Shown in pieces: positions 45,388-54,601 of a stretch of 64,000 bases of DNA (position 1 is the stretch's first letter; every line of letters starts with the position of its first letter). This DNA comes from Syntrophales bacterium. Its GTDB lineage: Bacteria; Desulfobacterota; Syntrophia; Syntrophales; UBA6807. The notes beneath the pieces were generated by a model that ran no database searches, was not told the origin of the DNA, and saw nothing but the letters and a program-made list of their open reading frames with translations. The stretch is from assembly GCA_040767195.1 (NCBI GenBank), contig JAXGPA010000004.1:15504-79503 (forward strand), written 5' to 3'. Position numbers and translations under genes: made by a program.

Positions 45388-46689
45388 TCAGTCGTCTTTC
45401 CGGTTGTCCAGGACCCGGACCGCCTTCCCTTCCGTTTTGGGGAGGCTGTGAGGCTCGACAAGAATCACCCTGGGCGTGATGAGAATGTCGCTTTTCAGCT
45501 CCTCCACCACTTTCCGGCGAAGGCTTTCAAGCTTTTTCAGGTCCCCCGTAAAATAATCCTTCTGGACTTCCACCTTGACGATCATGTGGTCGTTGAAGCC
45601 CTCCCTTTCCAGGATGATCTGGAAATCGGTGCCCACGCCGGGAATCTCCATGAGCTTCTTTTCGATCTGGAGGGGGAAGATGTTGACCCCCTTGATGATC
45701 ATCATGTCGTCGGTGCGGCCGGTGATCCTCTCGATCTTCCGGTGCGTTCTCCCGCAGGGGCAGGGTTCGGAAATGATCCGGGTCAGGTCTTTCGTCCGGT
45801 AGCGGATGAGCGGCATCCCCCGGCGGACCAGGGTCGTCATGACGAGCTCGCCCTCTTCACCATCGGGAACCGGTTCCAGGGTGCGCGGGTCGATGATCTC
45901 GACGAGAAAATTGTCCTCCCAGACGTGCAGCCCCTTCTGGAAAGGGCACTCGAAAGCAACGCCGGGGCCGTTCATTTCCGAAAGCCCGTAGGAATTGAAA
46001 GCCTTGACGCCATAGAGCTCCTCGATTTTAAGGCGGGTTTTCTCCGAATGGGGCTCCGCCCCGATAAAGGCGATTTTCAGTTTCGTGTCCCCCCTCGGGT
46101 CCACGCCCATTTCCTCGAAAACGAGATACAGGTGGAGGGCGTAGCTCGGGATGATGTGAACGACCGTGGTCTCGAAATCCTGCATGAGCTGTATCTGGCG
46201 CTTGCTGTTCCCGGCACCGGCGGGAATGACCAGGGCCCCGAGCTTCTCCGCCCCGTAGTGGAAACCGAGGCCGCCCGTGAAAAGACCGTAGGTCATCATG
46301 TTCTGAAAGACGTCGCCCTTGCGCATGCCCGTCATGTACATGGACCGCGCCAGGAGATCGGTCCACGCGGCGATGTCGTCGGCGGTGTGAAAAACCACCG
46401 TGGCCCGCCCCGTGGTGCCCGAGGAGGAGTGCATCCTGACGAGTTCCTCCCGGGGTACGGCGATGAACCCGTAGGGCCAGTGCTCCCGAAGGTCGTCCTT
46501 CGTGGTGAAGGGAAATCTCCGGATGTCCCCGGTGGATCGGATCGCCTCCGCACCAAGCCCCGGGGATGCCCAGGAAGACCCGTAATAGGGCGAGCGGGCG
46601 GCTCTTTCCACGGTCTCGCGGAGGCGCCGGGACTGGAGGGACTCGAGATCGTCCCGGGGAATGGTTTCCAGTTCTTTCTGCCAATACAT
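45388..46689 (-). CDS. paaK: Phenylacetate-CoA ligase family (PaaK-like adenylate-forming enzyme)
   Basis: MYWQKELETIPRDDLESLQSRRL and the AMP motif SSGTTG. Start at ATG 46689 with an AGGAGG SD. Confidence 0.9.
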   Translation of the reverse strand: MYWQKELETIPRDDLESLQSRRLRETVERAARSPYYGSSWASPGLGAEAIRSTGDIRRFPFTTKDDLREHWPYGFIAVPREELVRMHSSSGTTGRATVVFHTADDIAAWTDLLARSMYMTGMRKGDVFQNMMTYGLFTGGLGFHYGAEKLGALVIPAGAGNSKRQIQLMQDFETTVVHIIPSYALHLYLVFEEMGVDPRGDTKLKIAFIGAEPHSEKTRLKIEELYGVKAFNSYGLSEMNGPGVAFECPFQKGLHVWEDNFLVEIIDPRTLEPVPDGEEGELVMTTLVRRGMPLIRYRTKDLTRIISEPCPCGRTHRKIERITGRTDDMMIIKGVNIFPLQIEKKLMEIPGVGTDFQIILEREGFNDHMIVKVEVQKDYFTGDLKKLESLRRKVVEELKSDILITPRVILVEPHSLPKTEGKAVRVLDNRKDD

Positions 46690-46747
46690 GATATATCCTC
46701 CTGTCAAAAAGGCGCTTTCCGTATATACGCCAGCGGGGGAAGAATGA

Positions 46748-46978
46748 TCAAGCCAAACTTTCCTCCCACCCGCCCAGGTCCTCCGGGGCCGTGACGTCCT
46801 CCCGGCGGTCCCAGTCGGCCCAGCCCGTCCGTTTCTCGCAAACGGCCCGGGCCGCCTCCTCCTCCGTCTCGAAGGACTGGAGCCACAGGCCCCCGACACA
46901 GAGCTGATACAGGAAGAGATCCGCCTCGTCGGGCATGATGGAGAAGGTCCCCGCCGGGGATCGAAAAAAATAGGCCAT
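46748..46978 (-). CDS. Hypothetical small protein (76 aa)
   Basis: AAGGAAG SD about 10 nt upstream. Same strand as paaK and 58 nt upstream of it. No recognisable domain. Confidence 0.4.
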   Translation of the reverse strand: MAYFFRSPAGTFSIMPDEADLFLYQLCVGGLWLQSFETEEEAARAVCEKRTGWADWDRREDVTAPEDLGGWEESLA

Positions 46979-47143
46979 GGTTATTTCACTTCCTTCTTGA
47001 GATGACAGGGGACTTTCGTGTTCCCTACGAGCTCTTCATTACTTGAATGAACGGGATAAATCAAGAAGGACGGAAAAGATCGCGGCTCTTTCAGGCGGTT
47101 TTCACCCCCGGGGAAAACATGAACGAAACGGGCTCTTTTTGCC

Positions 47144-47172
47144 TTGACAAGGATTACACACAATGCTATGTA
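47144..47172 (+). promoter_or_regulatory. Candidate sigma70 promoter upstream of the CDP-alcohol phosphatidyltransferase gene
   Basis: TTGACA (47144-49), a 17-nt spacer, then TATGTA (47167-72). Confidence 0.35.
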
Positions 47173-47304
47173 ATTACAAACATTTACACTTAAGAACCAC
47201 GGCCGTAACGGCAGGCACCGCAATTTCCAGAGGATAGGGCCGGGATTATCAAGAGCCCGGCGTCAGGCAGTGAACGTCTCCGCAGCCCCGGAACAGGGTT
47301 TTTT

Positions 47305-47940
47305 ATGGCCAACATTATCACCCTTTCCCGATTTCTCCTTCTCTTCGTCCTCGTGGTCATCGCCTACCAGGCCCCGCCGGCCCTCCAGCTCCTGAACGTT
47401 CCCCTTCTCGGTGCGATCTTCCTCATGGACGCCTTCGACGGCTACGTCGCCCGCCTCCGCAACGAGACATCCCAGTTCGGGGCGCTTTTCGACATCGCCG
47501 TGGACCGCGTCGTCGAAAACGTCCTGTGGGTGGTCATGGCCGATCTCGACCTGGTCCCCGTCTGGGTCACCATCCTGTTCATCACGAGAAGCTTTCTCGT
47601 GGACACCATCCGGAGCTACGGGGCCTCCCGGGGCCAGACACCCTTCGGAATGATGTCGTCCGGCCTCGGACGCTTCCTCGTGGCGGGGAGAACCCTCAGG
47701 TTCCTCTACGGGGCCGCCAAGGCCCTGGCCTTCGGGTATCTTCTCCTCATCTACCCGCTTCCCGCCATCGCCCCCGGTTTTTACGACACCTGGATGCGGG
47801 AAATCGAGTGGATCAAGGGTCTTCTGGTCTACACGGCGGTCGTCCTGTGCGTCCTTCGAGCCCTTCCCGTTCTCGTCGAATTCCTTCTCCGGGAAGACGG
47901 GCCCTTCAGGCTTTCCATAAAACAAGGACCACCCCGGTAA
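47305..47940 (+). CDS. CDP-alcohol phosphatidyltransferase family protein
   Basis: The D(x)2DG(x)2AR(x)8G(x)3D(x)3D motif is present as DAFDGYVARLRNETSQFGALFDIAVD. Confidence 0.85.
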   Translation: MANIITLSRFLLLFVLVVIAYQAPPALQLLNVPLLGAIFLMDAFDGYVARLRNETSQFGALFDIAVDRVVENVLWVVMADLDLVPVWVTILFITRSFLVDTIRSYGASRGQTPFGMMSSGLGRFLVAGRTLRFLYGAAKALAFGYLLLIYPLPAIAPGFYDTWMREIEWIKGLLVYTAVVLCVLRALPVLVEFLLREDGPFRLSIKQGPPR

Positions 47941-47946
47941 AGCGCC

Positions 47947-48585
47947 ATGGCCCTCGTATTCATCGATCTCGACGGGACGCTCATCGAGGGGACGGGCTCG
48001 GAGCGCCTCTTCTTTCGCTTCCTCCTGAAAAAGCGGCTTCTCGGGCCCCTCCAGGCGGTTTCTTTCCTTTCATTCGCCGTACGGTATCTTCCCCGGTTCG
48101 GGGCGGACGTCTGGAAAAAAAACAAGGCCTATCTGGCCGGCCTTCAAGAGCGGGACGTCCATGAAGCGGCACGGGTCTTCGCGGGAGAACGCCTGTCGAA
48201 GTCGATCCGCCGGGAAATGAAAGAAAGGATCGCCCGGCATCGTCACGAGGGAGATGAAACCATCCTCCTCACGGGGTCGCTTCTCGCCCTGGCGCAGCCC
48301 CTGGCCCGTCACGCCGGCATCGACCGGGTCGCCGCAACCATCTGCGCCGTCGCAAACGGGCGGTTCGAGGCCCTGCCCCCTCTCGTCCACCCCTTCCAGG
48401 ACGAGAAGCGGCACATCGCCGAATCGCTGTGCCGGGAAAAAGGCGTCGCCCTTCGGGAATGCGCGGCTTACGGAGACTCGATCCACGACCTGCCCCTTCT
48501 CGAGGCGGCGGGGACGGCGGTCGCGGTTCACCCCGACCGCCGCCTGGAAAAAATCGCCCGCCGCCGCTTGTGGGAAATCCTGTGA
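47947..48585 (+). CDS. HAD-IB family hydrolase (phosphoserine phosphatase-like)
   Basis: FIDLDGTL DxD motif and C-terminal GDSIHDLPLL. Confidence 0.75.
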   Translation: MALVFIDLDGTLIEGTGSERLFFRFLLKKRLLGPLQAVSFLSFAVRYLPRFGADVWKKNKAYLAGLQERDVHEAARVFAGERLSKSIRREMKERIARHRHEGDETILLTGSLLALAQPLARHAGIDRVAATICAVANGRFEALPPLVHPFQDEKRHIAESLCREKGVALRECAAYGDSIHDLPLLEAAGTAVAVHPDRRLEKIARRRLWEIL

Positions 48586-48640
48586 GACCCGCCGCATTTT
48601 TCGTTGCCCGCCGGAAGGGCTTGTGATAGAAGGCCAACTC

Positions 48641-49267
48641 ATGTTGAACGTGGGACTCACCGGCGGCATCGGAAGCGGCAAATCGACGGTTGCCCGTTTT
48701 CTCAGGGAAAAGGGGGCCGTCCATCTCGACATCGACCTCCTGGCCCACGACGCGGAAAAACCGGGAACGCCGGCATGGCAGGAGATCGTCGCCGCCTTCG
48801 GGTCCGACGTCCTCGGCGAAGGCCAGGCCATCGACCGTGAAAAACTGGGGCCGCGGGTTTTCCGGGACCCCCTGGCCAGGGAACGGTTGAACCGGATCGT
48901 CCACCCGGCGGTCTACCGGGAATGGAAAAAACGCCTTCGGGAAATCGCGGCGGATCGCGAGGATGCCATCGTCATTTCAGACATACCCCTTCTCATCGAG
49001 GTGGGGTGGCAGAAAGACGTGGATCTCGTCCTCCTGGTCTACCTGCCCCCGGACGAACAGGTCCGCCGGATCATGACACGAAACGGCCTTTCCCGGGAAG
49101 AAGCCCTGGACCGTGTCCGGTCCCAGATGCCCATGGACGAGAAAATTCCATACGCCGACTGGGTCATAGACAACGGCGGGGATTTGAATCACACCAGGCA
49201 GGAGATCGACCGCCTCTGGCCCGAGCTCCTGAAGATGGAAAAAACGGGGAGGAAAAAGAATGATTGA
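48641..49267 (+). CDS. coaE: Dephospho-CoA kinase
   Basis: MLNVGLTGGIGSGKSTVA. Start is internal to ORF 48254..49267. Confidence 0.9.
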   Translation: MLNVGLTGGIGSGKSTVARFLREKGAVHLDIDLLAHDAEKPGTPAWQEIVAAFGSDVLGEGQAIDREKLGPRVFRDPLARERLNRIVHPAVYREWKKRLREIAADREDAIVISDIPLLIEVGWQKDVDLVLLVYLPPDEQVRRIMTRNGLSREEALDRVRSQMPMDEKIPYADWVIDNGGDLNHTRQEIDRLWPELLKMEKTGRKKND

Positions 49268-49874
49268 GAAAAACGTGCAGACCGACTTCAGCTCCCGGGC
49301 GGTGGACCCCGTCGTGGACCCCACGGCTTATGTTCACCCCCTGGCGGCGGTCATCGGAAACGTGATTATCGGGAAAAACGTCATGGTCGCCCCCACGGCG
49401 TGCATCCGCGGCGACGAGGGACAGCCCCTTTTCGTCGGCGACGATTCAAACGTCCAGGACGGCGTGATCATTCATGCCCTGGAGACGGAGCTGAACGGAA
49501 AGCCCGTTGAAAAGAACCTTGTGGACGGGGGCGGGAAAAAATACGCCGTCTACGTGGGCAAAAGGGTTTCCCTGGCCCACCAGGTCCAGGTTCACGGTCC
49601 CGCGGCGATCGGTGACAACACCTTCGTGGGGATGAAGGTTCTCGTTTTCCGGTCCACGGTGGGTGAAAACTGCGTCATCGAGCCCGGCGTGATCCTCATG
49701 GGCGTCGCCGTTCCCGACAACCGTTACGTTCCCGCCGGCTCGGTGGTTCGGGCCCAGGAGGAGGCGGACCGGCTCCCCGTGATCACCGGGGACTACCCCC
49801 TGAAAGACATGAACAAGGGGGTCGTCCATGTCAACACGAGCCTTGCCCGGGCGTACGGGGCGGCCCGAAAGTAA
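49260..49874 (+). CDS. Gamma-class carbonic anhydrase / left-handed beta-helix protein (Cam-like)
   Basis: Hexapeptide-repeat pattern with His residues positioned as in Cam (IIHALE, AHQVQVHG). Confidence 0.85.
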   Translation: MIEKNVQTDFSSRAVDPVVDPTAYVHPLAAVIGNVIIGKNVMVAPTACIRGDEGQPLFVGDDSNVQDGVIIHALETELNGKPVEKNLVDGGGKKYAVYVGKRVSLAHQVQVHGPAAIGDNTFVGMKVLVFRSTVGENCVIEPGVILMGVAVPDNRYVPAGSVVRAQEEADRLPVITGDYPLKDMNKGVVHVNTSLARAYGAARK

Positions 49875-49917
49875 AAAAGCCGGCGGCGTTTCCCGGGAAG
49901 AGGCGCCGCCTTTCTTT
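49875..49917. terminator. Bidirectional intrinsic terminator between convergent genes
   Basis: GGCGGCG (49882-88) pairs with CGCCGCC (49904-10), extended by the inner palindrome TTCCCGGGAA. It is flanked by an A-run and a T-run. Confidence 0.55.
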
Positions 49918-49918
49918 A

Positions 49919-50392
49919 CTACAGCCTGCCTGCCCGTTTCAGGGACTCCCGGAAGGGGCCGTAACCCTCGCCGGTTTCCTGCCGGCTTTTCCGGAGAATC
50001 GCCGGGAGCCTCTCCAGGTCCTCGTAATTGAAGACAAGGTTGACGCTTTGCCGAAAGGCGGCCATGACATCGGCGGTTACCTGCGTCTCGCTAAGGAGGG
50101 CCACGAAGAGGTTTCTACGGGCCTCCGAGGAAAGCCGCCGGAGGTGATCCGCCAGGGGGCCCTCCCCGGGGAGCCGGCCGCCGAAACGTTCACCGGCCAG
50201 GACAACGGCGCACTCCTGAAAAAGAAGGTGCTCCACCGCCTCTTTTTCATCCCGGGGCGTCACCACGTGATACCTTTCCCGGTCGAGGACCTGCTGTATT
50301 TTCACCCGCCTCTCCTCATCGGGTTCACAAAGGAGAAGCTCCTCCATGTCCTCCCCGATGAAATCCGGGGAAACGTCTTCGTAACCCGCCAT
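49919..50392 (-). CDS. Hypothetical protein with a degenerate response-regulator receiver-like fold
   Basis: LLLCEPDEERRVKIQQVLDRERYHVVTPRDEKEAVEHLLFQECAVVLAGE resembles a REC domain, but the phospho-acceptor Asp position reads A-G-E. Confidence 0.5.
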   Translation of the reverse strand: MAGYEDVSPDFIGEDMEELLLCEPDEERRVKIQQVLDRERYHVVTPRDEKEAVEHLLFQECAVVLAGERFGGRLPGEGPLADHLRRLSSEARRNLFVALLSETQVTADVMAAFRQSVNLVFNYEDLERLPAILRKSRQETGEGYGPFRESLKRAGRL

Positions 50393-50412
50393 GACAACTC
50401 CTCCCGTGTCTT

Positions 50413-51597
50413 TCAGAATGAACGCGGTTTTTTCCCCCGGCCGTAACCGCGGTCGATCTCGAGGCCGTCGAGGGGGGTGGTCTTTTCACCCCGGGCGCTT
50501 TTTACCGAGTCGATCCCCCGGCTGACCACGCCCCGTGTGGTGGCGTAGGCCAGGGCCGTTTCCTCCGTGACGAGCCCGTCCCGATACAGGCCTGTGATGT
50601 ACTCGTCAAAGGAGATCATGTCGAAGGCGCGGCCTGTCTCGATGATGTCCCGGAAGGTCTTTCCCTCCCCTTCCCCGTGAAGGACGGCGTCCCTGACCCG
50701 GATATTGGTTTTCATGATTTCGAAGGCCGCCACACGCCCGCCGCCGATTTTCGGGAGAAGCCTCTGGCAGACGACCCACCGGATCGTGTCGGCCAGGCGG
50801 ACCCGGATCTGGTTCTCCTCCTCCATGGAGAACATGCCGAGGATTCGGTTGATAGTCTGGCCGGCGTCCATGGTGTGCAGGGTGGACAGGACCAGGTGCC
50901 CTGTTTCGGCGGCGGAAAGACCGATCTCCACGGACTCCCGGTCCCGCATTTCCCCCAGGAAGATGATCTTGGGGGCCTGGCGAAGGGCCGCCCGAAGGCC
51001 GCCGGCAAAATTTTCGAAATCCACGCCAAGCTCCCGCTGGTTGATGGTAGCCTTCCTGTGGGTGTGCTGGTACTCGACAGGGTCCTCCAGGGTGATGATG
51101 TGGATGGACTGCTCTTCATTGATCCGTTCCAGAAGAGCCGCCACGGACGTGGATTTCCCGGTCCCGGTGGCACCGGTCACCAGGATGAGACCATTCTTCT
51201 CCCCGGCCATTTCGAGGAAAGCCCGGGGCAGCTCCATTTCCTCGATGGTGGGGACCCTGGCGGCGAGTATCCGGAAGGCGATGGAATACGTCCCTTTCTG
51301 CGAGAAAATGTTCACCCGGAGCCGGGCCTTTCCGGGGATCTCGTGGGAGAGATCGCAAGACCCTTCCTTGACGAGGGCATCCATGAGCCGGCGGTCCCGC
51401 CCGAGGAAAGCCAGGGCGATCATCTCCGTCTGAAAGGGCGTCAGCGGCCCCATGGGCGGATCGAGGTCCGCGGTGACGAGCACGCCGTCCCGTTCCACCT
51501 GGAGAGGTTTGCCGACGGTCATGTTCAGATCCGAGATATTTCCCCCCGACCGGAGCATCTGGTCCAGGAGATAATCCACATCCTGCTTTGCCAGCAT
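50413..51597 (-). CDS. PilT-family type IV pilus retraction ATPase (PilU-like paralog)
   Basis: Walker A GATGTGKST, Asp/His boxes, 394 aa. Confidence 0.88.
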   Translation of the reverse strand: MLAKQDVDYLLDQMLRSGGNISDLNMTVGKPLQVERDGVLVTADLDPPMGPLTPFQTEMIALAFLGRDRRLMDALVKEGSCDLSHEIPGKARLRVNIFSQKGTYSIAFRILAARVPTIEEMELPRAFLEMAGEKNGLILVTGATGTGKSTSVAALLERINEEQSIHIITLEDPVEYQHTHRKATINQRELGVDFENFAGGLRAALRQAPKIIFLGEMRDRESVEIGLSAAETGHLVLSTLHTMDAGQTINRILGMFSMEEENQIRVRLADTIRWVVCQRLLPKIGGGRVAAFEIMKTNIRVRDAVLHGEGEGKTFRDIIETGRAFDMISFDEYITGLYRDGLVTEETALAYATTRGVVSRGIDSVKSARGEKTTPLDGLEIDRGYGRGKKPRSF

Positions 51598-51672
51598 ATC
51601 CTGCCTCCCTCGGTCTTGTTTCCCGGCACGGCGGTTTCACAGGCGGCGCCCGCCCGGCCTTGGGCGATATTC

Positions 51673-52755
51673 TCAGACTTCCGTGAAATCCGTCGGCTGC
51701 GTCCGCAGATAGGGACGGAACCGGGCCTTGTCGTTCGATCTCTGGTAGGCGTCGTCGGCGCTGACGATCCCGCCGTTCAACAGATCCATGATGGCGTCGT
51801 CGAGAAGCTGCATCCCGTATTTCTTTCCCGTCTGTATCATCGAAGGGAGCTGGTAGGTCTTGGCTTCCCGGATCAGGTTCCGCACCGCCGGTGTCGCGAT
51901 CATCACCTCCAGGGCCGCCACGCGCCCGGGCTGGTCGATCCGCTTGAGGAGGGTCTGGGAGATGACGGCGCGGATGCCGTCCGCCAGGGTGGACCGGATC
52001 TGGGTCTGTTCGCCCGGGGGGAACACCTCGATGATCCGGTCGACCGTTTTCGCCGCGCTCGTCGTGTGGAGGGTCGAAAAAACGAGGTGACCCGTGTTGG
52101 CGGCCTCCACGGCCAGGGCGATGGTCTCCATGTCCCGCATTTCCCCGACCAGAATGATGTCGGGATCCTCCCGGAGGGCCCCCCGGAGGGCCGCGGAGAA
52201 GGTTTTCGTGTGAAGGCCCACTTCCCGGTGATTGACGATGCAGCCCTTGCTCTCGTGAACGAACTCGATAGGGTCCTCGATGGTGATGATGTGGTCCTTC
52301 CGGGTCCGGTTCGCCTCGTCCAGGATGGACGCCAGCGTCGTGGATTTGCCGCTTCCCGTGGGACCGGTGACCAGGACGAGCCCCCGGGGCAGGGACGCCA
52401 GTTTCGTGATCACCGCGGGAAGCCCCAGGTCCTTCGCTGTCTGGATTTTCGTGGGGATTTCCCTGAAGGCGGCGGCGACGCCGTCTTTCTGCATGTAATA
52501 GTTCGCCCGGTACCGGGCCAGGCCGGGGATCTCGTAGGCGAAATCCACGTCCCCCGTTTCCTCGAACTGCTTGATCTTGTGCTCCGGCGTAATTTCATAG
52601 AGCATGGACCGCAGTTCATCACTTTCGAGGATGTGATACTTGACCCGTTCGATCTCGCCGCGAATCCGTATGGCCGGCTGCTGTCCTGCCGCGAGGTGCA
52701 GGTCCGAGGCCTCCTGCTTGTTCATGAGTTCAAAAAAAGCGTCGATTTTAGCCAT
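51673..52755 (-). CDS. pilT: Twitching motility ATPase PilT
   Basis: MAKIDAFFELMNKQEASDLHL, Walker A GPTGSGKST, and the AVRNLIRE motif. Start at ATG 52755. Confidence 0.92.
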   Translation of the reverse strand: MAKIDAFFELMNKQEASDLHLAAGQQPAIRIRGEIERVKYHILESDELRSMLYEITPEHKIKQFEETGDVDFAYEIPGLARYRANYYMQKDGVAAAFREIPTKIQTAKDLGLPAVITKLASLPRGLVLVTGPTGSGKSTTLASILDEANRTRKDHIITIEDPIEFVHESKGCIVNHREVGLHTKTFSAALRGALREDPDIILVGEMRDMETIALAVEAANTGHLVFSTLHTTSAAKTVDRIIEVFPPGEQTQIRSTLADGIRAVISQTLLKRIDQPGRVAALEVMIATPAVRNLIREAKTYQLPSMIQTGKKYGMQLLDDAIMDLLNGGIVSADDAYQRSNDKARFRPYLRTQPTDFTEV

Positions 52756-53068
52756 GGAACCCCCTCCCTCCTGTCCCGCCGCCCTGCCCGGGAACAGGTG
52801 TCCCCGGCCGTACGGCGTCACGGTGACTGTAAGAGAATCCATCCCGTTCTGTCAAGACCTGTTTCACCATCGACGGTTCCGGCGTTTTGTGTTACTCTTT
52901 GCGGGGTCACAGGAGGCGAGACGCCGTGCCCTGAAAGCCGTCATCGGGCGGGGGGCCCGGGAGGCAGGGAATCGTGGCGGCCAGCCTTCCGCAAAACAGA
53001 AAAAGACGTAATTTTGAGACTTTTTAAGGGTTCGCCAGGCAAGTCCGGCGCGAACCGGGAGGGAAATC

Positions 53069-54595
53069 ATGATAACCGCGAATTTGTCCGAAAAGGACCG
53101 GAAGCGGATCGCCGGCGAGGGCATCCCCATGGAGAAAATAGAGGGGCAGATGGATCTCTTCGCGCACCCGCCCCGCCCGCTCCGCCTGGACCGTCCGTGC
53201 ACTGCCGGAGATGGCATCCGGGTCCTCTCCGACAGCGAGAAGACGTCCTTTCTTTCGCTTTATGAAAATCGGGCGGGAAGCCTGGAAGCGGTCAAGTTCG
53301 TTCCCGCCTCCGGCGCGGCCAGCCGGATGTTCCGGGACTGGTTTCGGGACCTGGAGGACGACCGTTTCGACCGATCCGAGGAGGGGGACCAGTTTGCCCG
53401 AAGGCTTCCCCTCTATCCCTTCCACGACGATCTCCTGGCCCTGGCGGCGGCGAAAGGCCGTACCCTGGAAGACCTGATCAGCGGCGAGGAATACAGGGAA
53501 ATCCTGGAACTCATCCTCACGGAAAAGGGCCTCAACTATGCCCACCTGCCAAAGGCCCTGCTGAAATTTCACACCTACCCGGACCACAACCGGACATCCC
53601 TGGAGGAACACCTGGTCGAGGCAGCCGGTTATGTGCGCGGCGCAAAAAACAGGTGCGCCCTTCATGTCACCGTTTCGGAGGAACACGAAACCCTGGTTCG
53701 AAACCTGGCGACACGGGTTTTGAGCCGTTACGAATCACGGCTGGACGTCCGGTACGATTTCTCCCTTTCCATTCAGTCCCCGTCGACGAACACGATCGCC
53801 GTCACCCTGGAGAACGAACCGTTCCGCGACGACGAGGGGAACCTTCTTTTCAGGCCCGGCGGCCACGGCGCCCTTCTCTCGAACCTGAACGGGATAGACG
53901 GTGATCTCGTCTTCATAAAGAACATAGACAACGTCGTTCCAGACCGCCTGAAGGAAGAAACGATCCGGTACAAGAAAATCCTCGGGGGCTTCCTTCTTCG
54001 CGTCCAGGACGAAATCTTCCGGCACCTGTCCCTCCTGGAAAGGGCGGGGCCGGGAGAGGCCCCTCTCGATGCGGCGGCGGACTTCTGCCGTGAAACGCTG
54101 CTCACCGACTTTCCGGCGGCTTACGCCGCCTTTACGCCGGAGAAGCGGAAAAGCTTTCTCGTCGCGCTGCTGAACCGGCCCATTCGGGTCTGCGGCATGG
54201 TCAAAAACGAGGGGGAGCCGGGGGGAGGGCCCTTCTGGGTCATCGATGAGGACGGCCGCCGGACCCTGCAGATCGTCGAAGAGGCACAGATCGACACGTC
54301 CTCGGAAACGCAGGCCCGCACATGGAAGGCTTCGACCCACTTCAACCCGGTGGATCTCGTCTGCGGGATCCGCAATCACCGGGGGGAGAAATTCGACCTG
54401 GAAAATTACGTGGACCCGAAGGCCGTGATCATCACGAAGAAGTCCCACGAAGGCCGGGACCTGAAGGCCCTGGAAATCCCCGGGCTGTGGAACGGCGGCA
54501 TGGCCCTGTGGAACACCCTGTTCGTCGAGGTCCCCGGTGTCACCTTCAACCCCGTCAAGACCGTCTTCGATCTTCTGAGGCCGGAGCACCAGTAG
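53069..54595 (+). CDS. DUF4301-family protein (nucleotidyltransferase-like), function unknown
   Basis: About 508 aa. KFVPASGAASRMFRDWF matches my recollection of the DUF4301 family. A GGGAGGGA SD is present. Confidence 0.65.
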   Translation: MITANLSEKDRKRIAGEGIPMEKIEGQMDLFAHPPRPLRLDRPCTAGDGIRVLSDSEKTSFLSLYENRAGSLEAVKFVPASGAASRMFRDWFRDLEDDRFDRSEEGDQFARRLPLYPFHDDLLALAAAKGRTLEDLISGEEYREILELILTEKGLNYAHLPKALLKFHTYPDHNRTSLEEHLVEAAGYVRGAKNRCALHVTVSEEHETLVRNLATRVLSRYESRLDVRYDFSLSIQSPSTNTIAVTLENEPFRDDEGNLLFRPGGHGALLSNLNGIDGDLVFIKNIDNVVPDRLKEETIRYKKILGGFLLRVQDEIFRHLSLLERAGPGEAPLDAAADFCRETLLTDFPAAYAAFTPEKRKSFLVALLNRPIRVCGMVKNEGEPGGGPFWVIDEDGRRTLQIVEEAQIDTSSETQARTWKASTHFNPVDLVCGIRNHRGEKFDLENYVDPKAVIITKKSHEGRDLKALEIPGLWNGGMALWNTLFVEVPGVTFNPVKTVFDLLRPEHQ

Positions 54596-54601
54596 GGCTT
54601 T

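Noticed and set aside
46981-47223. An 80-aa minus-strand ORF in the paaK-upstream intergenic region.
   Set aside because: It has no SD and a hydrophobic low-information sequence. It overlaps a plausible plus-strand promoter and 5'UTR for the CDP-alcohol phosphatidyltransferase gene.
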